Positions 1-9,239 of a stretch of DNA of 19,769 bases are shown piece after piece. Every line of letters begins with the position of its first letter. Position 1 is the first letter of the stretch. Made by a program: the position numbers and the translations under genes. This DNA is from Hadesarchaea archaeon (GTDB lineage: Archaea; Hadarchaeota; Hadarchaeia; Hadarchaeales; Hadarchaeaceae), in assembly GCA_030619825.1 (NCBI GenBank), contig JAUXAS010000007.1, positions 1 to 19,769 on the forward strand, in the 5' to 3' direction. Under the pieces are notes generated by a model. The model was not told the DNA's origin. It saw only the letters and a list, made by a program, of their open reading frames with translations, and did no database searches.

Positions 1-51
1 GGGGGCGTTCTGCGGGCCGATTAGATGCCGATGTATCAAGTTTTAAGAAAC

Positions 52-93
52 CTATCTCTTTCGCTTCTTCTTTCGCTTTTTGGCCTTTGCCAT
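52..93 (-). CDS. Putative 13-aa highly basic micropeptide MAKAKKRKKKRKR
   Basis: Hand translation: ATG at 93, TAG at 52-54. Preceded by GGAGAGGTGA-AAA-ATG (strong archaeal SD) and a TTTATA box at about 146-151 on the minus strand. Confidence 0.5.
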   Translation of the reverse strand: MAKAKKRKKKRKR

Positions 94-239
94 TTTTCAC
101 CTCTCCTTCCACATTTTGCTAGCAGATTTACATGCCCCATCGTTGTATAAATAGCCCAGATTCTTCCGTATGATCCGTCTTATGCGCCCCTACATTTTAA
201 GCCCGAAAAACCGAGTAGTTTGTGGAGTTTGAAGGGTGA

Positions 240-548
240 GCTCTGTTTTGCGACATCCAAGAGATTTTCAGGAGTTTAATTGACAACTTTCTAATCGACT
301 ACAGCCAACAGTTAAGAGAGGAAAACTTTGAGCTTAAGGGCGAAAGGATGTTTTTGAAACGAAAAGAGAGCTACAAAATGATAAAGGCGATCAACGGACT
401 TTTCGACAAGCGGATTGAGCACCAGAGGATCAAGAAGTTCGGTGAACGCTCTAGGATAAGGACGGCAATTAGGGAGGAGCCGATAAAGCTGGCGCAATAT
501 CTGAGGAGAGAAAAGGGGAGCTATGAGCCCGTTAAAGCGTTTCTATGA
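240..548 (+). pseudogene. cas1: C-terminal remnant of a Cas1-family endonuclease (about 102 aa, no start codon, 5' truncated)
   Basis: Extending ORF 348..548 upstream to the TGA at 237-239 gives ALFCDIQEIFRSLIDNFLIDYSQQL...RIRTAIREEPIKLAQYLRREK. CDIQEIFRSLID matches the Cas1 DxxExxRxxxD helix. The tail matches, from memory, the archaeal solo-Cas1 ending (IxEEaxxLAxYLR). Confidence 0.75.
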
Positions 549-601
549 AGCACATTTTTTGCGAGTTTGAGGGTGCTGTTTTAATTGAATTGAAAAATAA
601 A

Positions 602-1729
602 TCATGATCGTATGACGTGATCGTATAACGTCAAGTGCTTTCGCGCGATGGCTTTCCAAGAAGTTTCCTCCCTATATTTACGAAGTCGCTCCTGCACGTG
701 CGCCGCAAACGTTCTATCTTTGAAGAGGCGGATAGCGATTTTTGCTATCTCGTGTGAGTTGTAAGGTGTGATCAGGAGCTCATCACAGACGTTTCTCAAC
801 TCCTCGAACTTTGGGATTCGAGAAGCTATTACCGGTTTTCCCGATCCTATCGCGAGGTGGAATGAGCCCGAACTCGATCTATCCTGTTCGTAGTATGGGA
901 AGAGGACTGCATCACATGCACCAAATACGTAGGGGATGTCTTCATCTGGGAAAAATTTGAGCGGGAGGAGAAGCCTCTTTTCTACCCCGAGTTCTCTTGA
1001 TTTCGATTTTAAGAGATCCACGTATCGTTTTTCTCGCTGCGATGCCCCCGGAGCCAATCCCCCAGCGATGAAGAGATAAGCGTCCTCTTCGACACAAATT
1101 TCCTTGAGCGCTTCAAGGGCAACGTGAGCACATTTATGGGGCTTCACGAATCCGAACATCAAGAGGATCCTCCCCTGTCCAAGCAAACCGAGTTTTTTCC
1201 TCGCAGCCTCAGCATCCACATCCATGATTTCCGTCCCGTGCGGAATCACGTGAATTTTCCCGGGCGAGATCCCAAGTCTTATCAACATTTCCCTTTGCGA
1301 TTCCAAATGCACGATCACGCAATCCGCGAGTTCTGCGATTTTTTTGGCGTAAAGTTCATCGTTCCCCCGCTCACAAAATTGGCTGGGCCGGATGCAGTGG
1401 ATGGTCACCACTTTCTTCAAAGTCTGGTCTAATCTCCTCAGCACAGAAGGAAGTCGATCGTCGAACTTGTAGATGCTGTACTCATGTTGAATGTGAACGA
1501 CATCCATTCCTTTCGCATGATCGATGATCGGCTCCACGTAATTTTCATCTCGATGCCAACATGGGATCACTTCGAACCTATCGCGCTTGAGGGTGGCAGC
1601 ACCTCTCTCCGCGATAATTTTGATTTCAACACCGCAGTCCACCTCTTTGATACCCTGAACGAGGTAATCGAGGTAAGTGGCCACCCCGCATCGCTGGGGA
1701 AGGTATGTAGAAACATAAGCGATTTTCAT
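602..1729 (-). CDS. Glycosyltransferase family 4 (GT-B fold, mannosyltransferase-like subfamily)
   Basis: STYLPQRCGVATY N-terminus, VVHIQHEY, HVIPHG, FGFVKPHK, FPY...SSSGSFHLAIGSGKPVIAS. Confidence 0.92.
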   Translation of the reverse strand: MKIAYVSTYLPQRCGVATYLDYLVQGIKEVDCGVEIKIIAERGAATLKRDRFEVIPCWHRDENYVEPIIDHAKGMDVVHIQHEYSIYKFDDRLPSVLRRLDQTLKKVVTIHCIRPSQFCERGNDELYAKKIAELADCVIVHLESQREMLIRLGISPGKIHVIPHGTEIMDVDAEAARKKLGLLGQGRILLMFGFVKPHKCAHVALEALKEICVEEDAYLFIAGGLAPGASQREKRYVDLLKSKSRELGVEKRLLLPLKFFPDEDIPYVFGACDAVLFPYYEQDRSSSGSFHLAIGSGKPVIASRIPKFEELRNVCDELLITPYNSHEIAKIAIRLFKDRTFAAHVQERLRKYREETSWKAIARKHLTLYDHVIRS

Positions 1730-1814
1730 CAGAATTTTTATTGATTTGACGTTTCATAACTCTTTTGATTCTTAACAGCGTTAAATTATTATTATGGAAG
1801 ATTAACCTGGTTTT

Positions 1815-3002
1815 ATGTCTTTAGACTCCACTGCGAAGAGATTGGGCGAAGGAAAGCGTATCGAGTTGGAAAATGGAGAGATTGTATTCAAATTGGATTC
1901 TTTCAGCGCCAATCCTGTGGTAAAACCCCAAGATTTAGGGCTCACGCGGCAAGAAAAAGGGAAATTGAAAATAGGGGCCGTTTTCAATGGAGGGGCCGAG
2001 CTATTCCAAAACGGGATAATTCTAACACCACGCTGCCACAAAGGTTATAGAAAGAGTAAATATTTTGATTTAAAACAAGGCGTGCATAGATATCGTTTTC
2101 ACGATTACATTTCTGAAATTTGGCCTCTTGAGAGCGAGGATGGGGTTCATTTCAAAAGATTCCATGAAGTCATGATCAAAGGAGACGGTTCTGACCATAA
2201 GGACTTCATTTATGGAATAGATGACATAAGGATAATCAAACATGATCGAACTTACTTGTTGGTCGGGTGCGGCAAGCGCATACCTCCATTCAAGGGCTTG
2301 GGGGGTGATAGAACTGCCATATACTCGACTAAAGATTTCGTGAGAATCGATTATCATGGAATAATAGAATTCTTTGACAGCCGAAATTTAATTCCTTTTC
2401 CAGAAAGTGTAAACGGAAAACTTTACATTGTTTGGACAAGCAGAGCTAAGGGCGATCCCAACATCCACTTGGATTTCCTTAGAATGGGGATGGACCAGCT
2501 CCTTCACCCATCTAAGTACCCGAAATATTGGAAAAAAATCCATTCCCGCAGAAGCAAGAACTTGCTGCTGAAAGCGGGGACTTTCTCTCATGAGAGAGAA
2601 AAAATCGGTTCTGGAACCCAGCTAATCAAAACCGATGAAGGTTGGTTATTTATTTATCATGGAGTCGGCCTGATAAATTCGGAGATTTGTAAATACTATG
2701 GACTACACCAAAAAATTGAAAGAGGATATTCGATATGTGCAGCTCTTTTGGATTTGGATGACCCTCGAAGGGTTATTTGTAGGACTAGAAATCCAATTTT
2801 CATCCCATCTGCACCATATGAGTTTAAGGGAGATGCGAAGTATCCTATAGACGTCCCAGGAGTAGTCTTCCCAACAGGCGCGGTTATCGTAAAAGACAAG
2901 CTTCTCATTTACTGCGGAGTCGGAGACAAATACGTTTCTCTCTTGGGTTGTAATCTTCACAATTTAATCGATTATTTAATTGATCATTGTAAATCAGATT
3001 GA
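1815..3002 (+). CDS. GH130-family glycosidase / beta-mannoside phosphorylase-like protein
   Basis: NPVV, AVFNGGA, GIDDIRI (EDPR-equivalent), EKIGSG, WLFIYHGV, YSICAALLDLDDP, VVFPTGA, IYCGVGD: five-bladed propeller GH130 motifs. Confidence 0.88.
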   Translation: MSLDSTAKRLGEGKRIELENGEIVFKLDSFSANPVVKPQDLGLTRQEKGKLKIGAVFNGGAELFQNGIILTPRCHKGYRKSKYFDLKQGVHRYRFHDYISEIWPLESEDGVHFKRFHEVMIKGDGSDHKDFIYGIDDIRIIKHDRTYLLVGCGKRIPPFKGLGGDRTAIYSTKDFVRIDYHGIIEFFDSRNLIPFPESVNGKLYIVWTSRAKGDPNIHLDFLRMGMDQLLHPSKYPKYWKKIHSRRSKNLLLKAGTFSHEREKIGSGTQLIKTDEGWLFIYHGVGLINSEICKYYGLHQKIERGYSICAALLDLDDPRRVICRTRNPIFIPSAPYEFKGDAKYPIDVPGVVFPTGAVIVKDKLLIYCGVGDKYVSLLGCNLHNLIDYLIDHCKSD

Positions 3003-3314
3003 TATCAAACCTTCTCTTCGTCGTGATTTGGTTCGTCCAGCCATTCCCCCGGAAAACAGCAGAATAGGGACTGGCGTTTTGGATTACCGAAAGGGAAGTC
3101 TCGATCGAGAGAGAGGGTAGGTCTTCCTGATGTCGATAACAAAACCTCGATCATTCAGCTCGAAGGCGAAAGAGTTGGGACATCACCTTATGCCGTTATA
3201 AACATATCATTTTTCGAGAATTTCGACGAACTCGTCTGACCGCGCTTCTCTCGACCTAATTGAAAAAATGAAAACCTCAAGAGTAAACAGTTGAACCTTG
3301 CTTCGGTACCCTTT

Positions 3315-3570
3315 TGACCCTATTAAAATGCCCATTTTCATCGCTCAAAAATTGGCCAATCTAAGCCCGCTTCGGGGGCCTTGGGGGAAAGGGAGGTTGT
3401 GGTGGCTGTTCGCGTTGTTCCCAAGGTGGAAAGGTGAGTTTACGCATCGTTCATCAACACCCTCTAAAAAAATACTTTAAACATAAATAAGCGTTGCGCC
3501 TATCTTTTAGGAAAAATAGGCTCATGACCCAATTAAAGCGCCCATTTTCCAAGTCCAAAAATCGGGCGAT
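3315..3570 (+). repeat. Imperfect 46-bp direct repeat pair (3315-3360 and 3525-3570)
   Basis: TGACCCTATTAAAATGCCCATTTTCATCGCTCAAAAATTGGCCAAT vs TGACCCAATTAAAGCGCCCATTTTCCAAGTCCAAAAATCGGGCGAT. 35/46 identical without gaps by hand count; offset 210 bp. Confidence 0.8.
3361..3447 (-). CDS. Putative 28-aa proline-rich micropeptide MRKLTFPPWEQREQPPQPPFPPRPPKRA
   Basis: Hand translation. GAGGGTG lies 10 nt upstream and TTTAAA is at 3476-3481. No recognisable family. Confidence 0.3.
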   Translation of the reverse strand: MRKLTFPPWEQREQPPQPPFPPRPPKRA

Positions 3571-3692
3571 AAAAAGGCAGAAATCAAAAGTCGCAGCTCG
3601 GAGAGGTGACGTTTACTGGGAAAAGAGTGTGTCAGCTTGCTGCGATGGGATCTGAGCGAGGCGAAAACTAGGAATATGTTAAAAGTTAAATT

Positions 3693-4133
3693 TTAACCTT
3701 GCTTGGATGGTTCATAAGAGAGAATTTCAGATTTCTCAAAGAAAATTCGCATCTCCCGTTCAGCGCTTTCCGCGGAATCTGCAGCGTGAATGACATTCTC
3801 CGTGATGCTCGACCCGAAATCACCTCGAATAGTTCCCTTCGCGGCCTTGGCAGGGTCGGTGGCACCCGTGAGCTCACGCATCCGCGTTATTGCGTTTTCC
3901 CCCTCGACTAGCATCACGACCACCCCGCCCGATAACACGTGCTCGACCAAGCGCTCGAAGAAATCCTTTCCACGATGCACCGAGTAAAGCTCCTCCGCAA
4001 GCCCCCGGTCGAGCCTCATCCGACGCGTCGAAACTATTTTTAAACCAGCCCGCTCGATTCGCGCGACGATTTCATCGGTCAGGCCCTTCGCCACTCCATC
4101 CGGCTTCACCATGACGAAGGTTCGCTCCCTCAA
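3693..4133 (-). CDS. ndk: Nucleoside diphosphate kinase
   Basis: ERTFVMVKPDGV, GTIRGDF, NVIHAADS (phospho-His). Likely TTG start at 4133, overlapping the rpl24e stop (TTGA). Confidence 0.97.
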   Translation of the reverse strand: MRERTFVMVKPDGVAKGLTDEIVARIERAGLKIVSTRRMRLDRGLAEELYSVHRGKDFFERLVEHVLSGGVVVMLVEGENAITRMRELTGATDPAKAAKGTIRGDFGSSITENVIHAADSAESAEREMRIFFEKSEILSYEPSKQG

Positions 4134-4321
4134 GCCTTTCCCCTCACCTTTCGGGAGCGTTCGGTCCACTTCACGCGGTGCGGCTTCCGCCCCAGCTCTA
4201 GGTTACGCTCGCACTTGCTCGAGCACAGGAACAAGACCGACCCATCTCGCTGGACGAACATCAAGCCCGTACCAGGCTCGACCCGCCCGCCGCAGAAAGA
4301 GCACTTCCTCGCGACCGGCAT
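4130..4321 (-). CDS. rpl24e: 50S ribosomal protein L24e (eL24)
   Basis: CSFCG..EPGTG.MFV..DG....CSSKC....RKP..VKWT; conserved rpl7ae-rps28e-rpl24e-ndk order. Confidence 0.97.
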   Translation of the reverse strand: MPVARKCSFCGGRVEPGTGLMFVQRDGSVLFLCSSKCERNLELGRKPHRVKWTERSRKVRGKA

Positions 4322-4322
4322 C

Positions 4323-4550
4323 TTACGGCACCCTAATCTCCTTCGCCTCTCGCTCCGTCTCGCGGAGCATCAGAACATCGTCCACGCGCACCGGGCCCTT
4401 GACGTTGCGGGTTATGATGCGACCCTTGTCCCGCCCTTCGAGCACCCGACACTTGACCTGCAAGATCTCTCCGGTTATGCCCGTGCGCGTCCGGATCTCG
4501 ATTACTTCGGCTGGAAAACCGAGATCTCCTCTAACCGGCATTGAGCTCAC
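4323..4550 (-). CDS. rps28e: 30S ribosomal protein S28e (eS28)
   Basis: [46 protein letters not shown]. Start is either GTG 4550 or ATG 4541. Confidence 0.97.
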   Translation of the reverse strand: MSSMPVRGDLGFPAEVIEIRTRTGITGEILQVKCRVLEGRDKGRIITRNVKGPVRVDDVLMLRETEREAKEIRVP

Positions 4551-4918
4551 TTCTTCAGCTCGCGGACGCGCTCGACGATCTCCTTTACAGCTGCCGCCGC
4601 TCGTCCTGCCTCGGCTATCGTGATTGCTGCCGACCCGACATTTATGCCCGCTGCCGCCCCAAGCTCGCGCTTACTTGGAACATAAATGTATGGAATGCCC
4701 TTCTCATCACAAAGGGGGGGCAGGTGGGCGACGATCTCGGCCGGCTCAACATCCTCGGCTATTACCACTAGCGCGGCTTGCTTCCGCTCAATCGCCTTGG
4801 TCGACTCGTTCGTTCCTTTACGAAGCTTCCCAGTGTCGCGCGCGCCCTCGACTGCCTCGTAGGCCTTATCCGCAAGCTCCTTGGGCACTTCGAACCGTAC
4901 GTAAATTGGCTTGGCCAC
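4547..4918 (-). CDS. rpl7ae: 50S ribosomal protein L7Ae (eL8), K-turn binding protein
   Basis: [51 protein letters not shown] before the GTG start. Confidence 0.98.
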   Translation of the reverse strand: MAKPIYVRFEVPKELADKAYEAVEGARDTGKLRKGTNESTKAIERKQAALVVIAEDVEPAEIVAHLPPLCDEKGIPYIYVPSKRELGAAAGINVGSAAITIAEAGRAAAAVKEIVERVRELKK

Positions 4919-4962
4919 TCAGACACCTCCTTCAGGTTTCATCCTCCATTATTCATAGGTCG
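4919..4962 (-). promoter_or_regulatory. Candidate K-turn/K-loop leader of rpl7ae overlapping the SD
   Basis: The leader contains CC-UAU-GA...GA-GG and GAUGA...CUGA flanking GGAGGUG. TATA-like TTTTAAA at about 4976-4982. Confidence 0.4.
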
Positions 4963-4999
4963 TGGCTCGTATCCCTTTAAAAACGTGTATTATTTTAAC

Positions 5000-6691
5000 C
5001 TATCTATGCCCGTAAACCACGGTGAGCTTTGGCCTCGCTGTATCTACCCGAACGAACCCGTACCTTTCAAACTGCACGATGGTGTCGACTTTTAACCCAG
5101 CCACCGCCGGCTCGGCAAGCCCGAGTTTGCGGGAGTTGTCTGGCCTTATCACTTCAACCTCCACTGCCCCTGCTGAAACCCACTGGATTTTACGCACATC
5201 CGCGAGCTCAAGTCCCTGAAACTCAGCCTCGAGCACCCTCCCCTTCGAGCTGAGTGTCACATTCATCAAATCCTTCAGGCGGAAGGTTTGCCCCTCCTGC
5301 AGAGCCCCAGCATCTTCACCGGCTAGATAAAACATGAGCGCATCGTCCTCACGCGCGAGCGGCAGGATCCGTTCCCCATGTTCGGGATGACCCGGATGCA
5401 AGCGAAGCCGGGCCTGCTTTAGGTCGGGCGCCCCGCGCACGAGTATTTTTGCGGGATCCGGGACGAAGAAATATCGGTTCGCTCGCTCATCGGCGAACTT
5501 TCGATTGTACGCGTAGAGCGTCTCCCAGCTTAGCGAGGCGTCGACGAGCGTGAGGCCGATATCCAATATGAGCTGCTTGATCGCCTCGGGCACGAAGCCC
5601 CTGCGCCTGAGCGCTGCGATCGTGCCCAGCCTCACGTCATCGTACCCCGTGAGCTCACCGCTCCGGACGCCCCGCATGGTCTGGGTCTTGCTCAGCGCTA
5701 CCCCCGCCATGTTCAGGCGCCCGTACTGAACTGCCGTGGGGTATTGCCACCCGAGGTGCTCGAAGAGCGTGCGCTGGCGCTGCTCGTTGACCTCGTGCTC
5801 CTTCCCGCGAATGACATGAGTTATCCCCATCTCGTGATCATCGATGGTGACCGAGAAGTTGTAGAGGGGCCAGACCGAGTAGCGTTCCCCCACGCGCGGA
5901 TGGGGCTTGGTCGTCACCCTAAGCGCGGGCCAATCGCGCACCGCGGGGTTTGGGTGATTTAGGTCAGTCTTGATGCGCACGACTGCCTCCCCCTTAGTGG
6001 TCTCACCGGCCAGCATCCGCCGCCATCGATGAAGTTGTTCCTCGCTCGAAAGCTCGCGACATGGGCAGGGTTTCCCCCAGTCGCGTAGCCCCCGGAAAGT
6101 CTCGATCGGGCAAGTGCAGACGTACGCCTTGCCCTCGCGCAGGAGCTGCTCCGCACAATTGTAGTAGAGCTCGATGCGGTCGGACTGCGCGTACTCCTCG
6201 TCCCAGCTCATGCCCAGCCATCGGAGGTCCCGGCGGATGAGCTCGTACATCTCGAGCAGCGCGTTCTCGGGGTTTGTGTCCTCAAAGCGCAGGATGAACT
6301 TGCCCTTATAACGGCGGGCGTACTCATGGCTTAGCAGGGCCGCCCGAACGTGACCTATGTGGAGTGGTCCGTTAGGGTTCGGGGCAAAGCGAGTAATGAC
6401 CATCGGATATTTTTCGACATCGGAGAGCTCAGGCAACCCACGCCGCTCCTCGGGCTTCGGTCGCTCCACGGAGCCCACCTTGCGAAGGCGGAAGAGCTGC
6501 TCCTCGCGGGGGAGCTCGTTGACCTCAGCCACGACCTGCTCGACCAGCGCGGAGAGCTCATTGATCTTGGAACGCCACCCCGGCAGCTTCGCCACCAGCT
6601 TCCCCAGCACGGCCTTTGCACTTGCTCGCCCCTCGTGCTCGAGGGCGTTCGTGAGGGCCCATCGAAGGGCTTCCCTGCGGATGTCCTCCAA
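5000..6691 (-). CDS. gltX: Glutamate--tRNA ligase (archaeal type)
   Basis: RFAPNPNGPLHIGH, LRFEDTNP, AYVCTC, THVIRGKEH, LSKT (KMSKS equivalent), VQFERYGFVR. Confidence 0.98.
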   Translation of the reverse strand: MEDIRREALRWALTNALEHEGRASAKAVLGKLVAKLPGWRSKINELSALVEQVVAEVNELPREEQLFRLRKVGSVERPKPEERRGLPELSDVEKYPMVITRFAPNPNGPLHIGHVRAALLSHEYARRYKGKFILRFEDTNPENALLEMYELIRRDLRWLGMSWDEEYAQSDRIELYYNCAEQLLREGKAYVCTCPIETFRGLRDWGKPCPCRELSSEEQLHRWRRMLAGETTKGEAVVRIKTDLNHPNPAVRDWPALRVTTKPHPRVGERYSVWPLYNFSVTIDDHEMGITHVIRGKEHEVNEQRQRTLFEHLGWQYPTAVQYGRLNMAGVALSKTQTMRGVRSGELTGYDDVRLGTIAALRRRGFVPEAIKQLILDIGLTLVDASLSWETLYAYNRKFADERANRYFFVPDPAKILVRGAPDLKQARLRLHPGHPEHGERILPLAREDDALMFYLAGEDAGALQEGQTFRLKDLMNVTLSSKGRVLEAEFQGLELADVRKIQWVSAGAVEVEVIRPDNSRKLGLAEPAVAGLKVDTIVQFERYGFVRVDTARPKLTVVYGHR

Positions 6692-6918
6692 TCGATCACT
6701 CGACAGACATTCTATTGGCGATGCAAATAAAGCTGAAGTCGGTACATGAACCTAGGGGCTCAAAAAAACAAGCTAGGAAAGAAATACTTCGTTTGTTGTC
6801 AGATAACATTTCTAATAGAAAAGTGTCTTTTGAAGGATTTTGGACGAATAATTTCTCAAATGTTAATCGAAAGTTAAAGTCTCAAATGGCACGGGAACTT
6901 TCAGAACTACTGACCCTA

Positions 6919-7917
6919 TCAAAACTCCCGTTTGATCGTGAAATCCGCTAACTCCAACAAAACTTCCTTCGCTCTTGACTCTGGTAACGCCTTCAGCTTC
7001 AATTTAGCTTGGGCGACGAGCCCCCGCGCTCGTTCGGCCACGTAATCGATTGCGCCCGCGCGCTTGAGTACGTCGATCGCAGCCTTTAGCTCAGCTTCCG
7101 AGGCATCACGCTTGCCGAGCGCGCGCAAGAGCGTGTCTTTGTCATCCGGGGGTGCAGTGGCGAGAGCCCTAACCACCATAAGCGTTCGCTTGCCCTCCCG
7201 AACATCGCTTCCAATTGGCTTACCAAACTTTTCACGCGCGCCAGCCACGCCAAGCACATCATCCTGCATTTGAAATGCCATCCCAATCAATCGCCCATAT
7301 TCAGCGAGCGCGCCAACTTGCTGGGGCTCTCCCTTCCCCAAGAGGGCCCCTACTTTCAAGGATGCTTCGAGTAGCGCTCCGGTCTTGCCGCTGACCATGC
7401 GCACGTACTCGTCCTCACTTACGTCGGCACGCCCCTCGAATAACATGTCGAGCGCCTGACCTTGACAGATCTCGAAGCTCGCCTTGCTTATGGTATCAAA
7501 AAGCTCGACCGCTCGCCTCCCGTCCAACGCAAGTCGCTTGGCGTTCGCTGCCACTGCCTCGAATACCTTCGCGAAGAGGGCGTCGCCAGCTATGATCGCA
7601 ATGGGCTCCCCCCAGAGCATGTGCACCGTCTTCACGTTTCGCCTGAACTCGTCCCGATCCATGATGTCGTCGTGGATGAGGGTGAAGTTGTGCAGAAGCT
7701 CGAGCGCCGTCGCTGTCTCGAGCGCGTCCTCCGCCCTCCCCCCGACCGCCTCGCAGGCCGTGAGCGCCAAGCACGGGCGGAGCCGCTTCCCGCCCGCCTC
7801 AAGCAGGTGTCTCGTTGCCTTTGCTAAAATTTCTGGCTCGAGTCCACGGGGCACCAAGCGATCTATCTCCCGCTCGACCATGCGAGCTCGTTCTTCGAGG
7901 TACTTCAGCACATCCAT
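6919..7917 (-). CDS. idsA: Geranylgeranyl diphosphate synthase (archaeal short-chain isoprenyl diphosphate synthase)
   Basis: GGKRLRP, FTLIHDDIMD..RR (Phe at -5 of the first Asp-rich motif), GQALD, KTGAL, FQMQDDVL. ATG 7917 overlaps the upstream stop (TAATG). Confidence 0.96.
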   Translation of the reverse strand: MDVLKYLEERARMVEREIDRLVPRGLEPEILAKATRHLLEAGGKRLRPCLALTACEAVGGRAEDALETATALELLHNFTLIHDDIMDRDEFRRNVKTVHMLWGEPIAIIAGDALFAKVFEAVAANAKRLALDGRRAVELFDTISKASFEICQGQALDMLFEGRADVSEDEYVRMVSGKTGALLEASLKVGALLGKGEPQQVGALAEYGRLIGMAFQMQDDVLGVAGAREKFGKPIGSDVREGKRTLMVVRALATAPPDDKDTLLRALGKRDASEAELKAAIDVLKRAGAIDYVAERARGLVAQAKLKLKALPESRAKEVLLELADFTIKREF

Positions 7918-9239
7918 TAATCCAACCTCAGGCACGACCCATTTCGGAGCAAGTGCAGGTGCCCGTTCGGGTACCCAAGCTCCCGCCCAAGCTCGGCCAT
8001 CAGCCTAAGCTTGTCCATGGTGCTATGACAGGGGATTAGATGTTCGGGCTTTGCGAACTCAAGGAACTCCTTGGTGTCGATTCGCCCGGCATGACCCGAT
8101 ACATGGACATCGCGGTGGATGTTGGCCCCTTGGGCACGGAGCTTGGTCTCCAGGAGCTCGCGATTGGATTCGTTTATCGGGTTCGGGATGACGCTCGCGG
8201 AAAAGATCACCTCATCTCCCCGTCTGACCTTGAACGGAAGCTGTCCATTTGCGATGCGCGAGAGCACCGACGTCGGCTCCCCCTGGTGCCCAGTGCAAAC
8301 TAGCACGTAATCGCCCTTTGATTTCTCGATTTCACGAAGTAGGTTGTGCACCGCGTTCGGGCGTCCGTGGATGCGCAGCTCAGGCGGGAAGTCCACCAAC
8401 CCAAGGTCGATCGCGGCCGTGCAGTAGTTACGGAGCGAGCGCCCGACCAGGACGGGAGTGCGGCCGAGCTCAAATGATAGGTCAACGATTGATTTTAACC
8501 TAGTGATGTGGGACGAGAAAGTCGTCACGAGCACCGCCTCGCCGGTGGAGTTCGCCTCTCCCATCGCCTCCCGGAGCATCTCCCGTGCGTGTCCCTCCGA
8601 GGGGGTGGGACCGGGTTCGTCCACCCTTATCGCCCCGACCAGAGCCGCGAGCAACCCATCGCTGGCAAGCTGCTTCAGGCGCGTACGATCAGTTTTATAC
8701 CCAATCAAGGGCTCCTCATCGAGTTTGAAATCGCTTGCGCAGAGTATGGTTTCGTTTGCACCGCGAGCGGCGACGAAGACCGTCTGGAGGATGCTGTGGG
8801 CGGCGGGGATGAACTCGAATTCGATGCCATCTAACCTCACGCTATCCCCCGGCATCACCGCACGAAGCTCGTTCTTGACTTTAAAGACACGCTCTTCACG
8901 GATGACGCGCTTGACCAGCTCAAGGGTGAATGGCGTTCCGTAAATTGGGGCGTTGTAAGCGTGCGCGAGCTTTCCCACTGCGCCTATGTGGTCGAGGTGC
9001 CCGTGGGTGAGCACGATTGCCCGAACCTTCCGGTTGCGAATCGAGCTGTCGTCGGGGATTCCATTTATGTTTATGAGCTCCTCGCGGCTCATCTCCCCTA
9101 GCTCGGCGTCCTCGAACGCCATGATGCTGTCTAGCCTTATCCCCATGTCCACGATGATGTATTTTCCGTCGAAGCCTAGGGCAGTCATATTTTTGCCGAC
9201 TTCCCCTAGACCGCCGAGAGGCAGTATTTCAACCGTCAT
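7917..9239 (-). CDS. rnj: Ribonuclease J (beta-CASP metallo-beta-lactamase)
   Basis: [47 protein letters not shown] 9239 overlaps the fni stop (ATGA). Confidence 0.95.
   Translation of the reverse strand: MTVEILPLGGLGEVGKNMTALGFDGKYIIVDMGIRLDSIMAFEDAELGEMSREELININGIPDDSSIRNRKVRAIVLTHGHLDHIGAVGKLAHAYNAPIYGTPFTLELVKRVIREERVFKVKNELRAVMPGDSVRLDGIEFEFIPAAHSILQTVFVAARGANETILCASDFKLDEEPLIGYKTDRTRLKQLASDGLLAALVGAIRVDEPGPTPSEGHAREMLREAMGEANSTGEAVLVTTFSSHITRLKSIVDLSFELGRTPVLVGRSLRNYCTAAIDLGLVDFPPELRIHGRPNAVHNLLREIEKSKGDYVLVCTGHQGEPTSVLSRIANGQLPFKVRRGDEVIFSASVIPNPINESNRELLETKLRAQGANIHRDVHVSGHAGRIDTKEFLEFAKPEHLIPCHSTMDKLRLMAELGRELGYPNGHLHLLRNGSCLRLD

Noticed and set aside
3003..3202. Possible decayed gene on the minus strand (AAGGTGATG at about 3181-3189; fragments FELNDRGFVIDIRKTY and SVIQNASPYSAVFRGNGWTNQIT)
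   Set aside because: The ATG frame closes after 10 codons, signal spacing is poor, and I cannot assign the fragments to a family with confidence.
3298..3480. 60-aa plus-strand ORF from the track
   Set aside because: No SD or recognisable motif; it runs through the direct repeat and antisense to the better-signalled minus-strand micro-ORF.
6715..6951. 78-aa plus-strand ORF in the AT-rich idsA-gltX spacer
   Set aside because: Antisense to the operon, overlaps the idsA end and the probable gltX promoter, with no SD or known motif. It could be a foreign remnant but this is unsupported.
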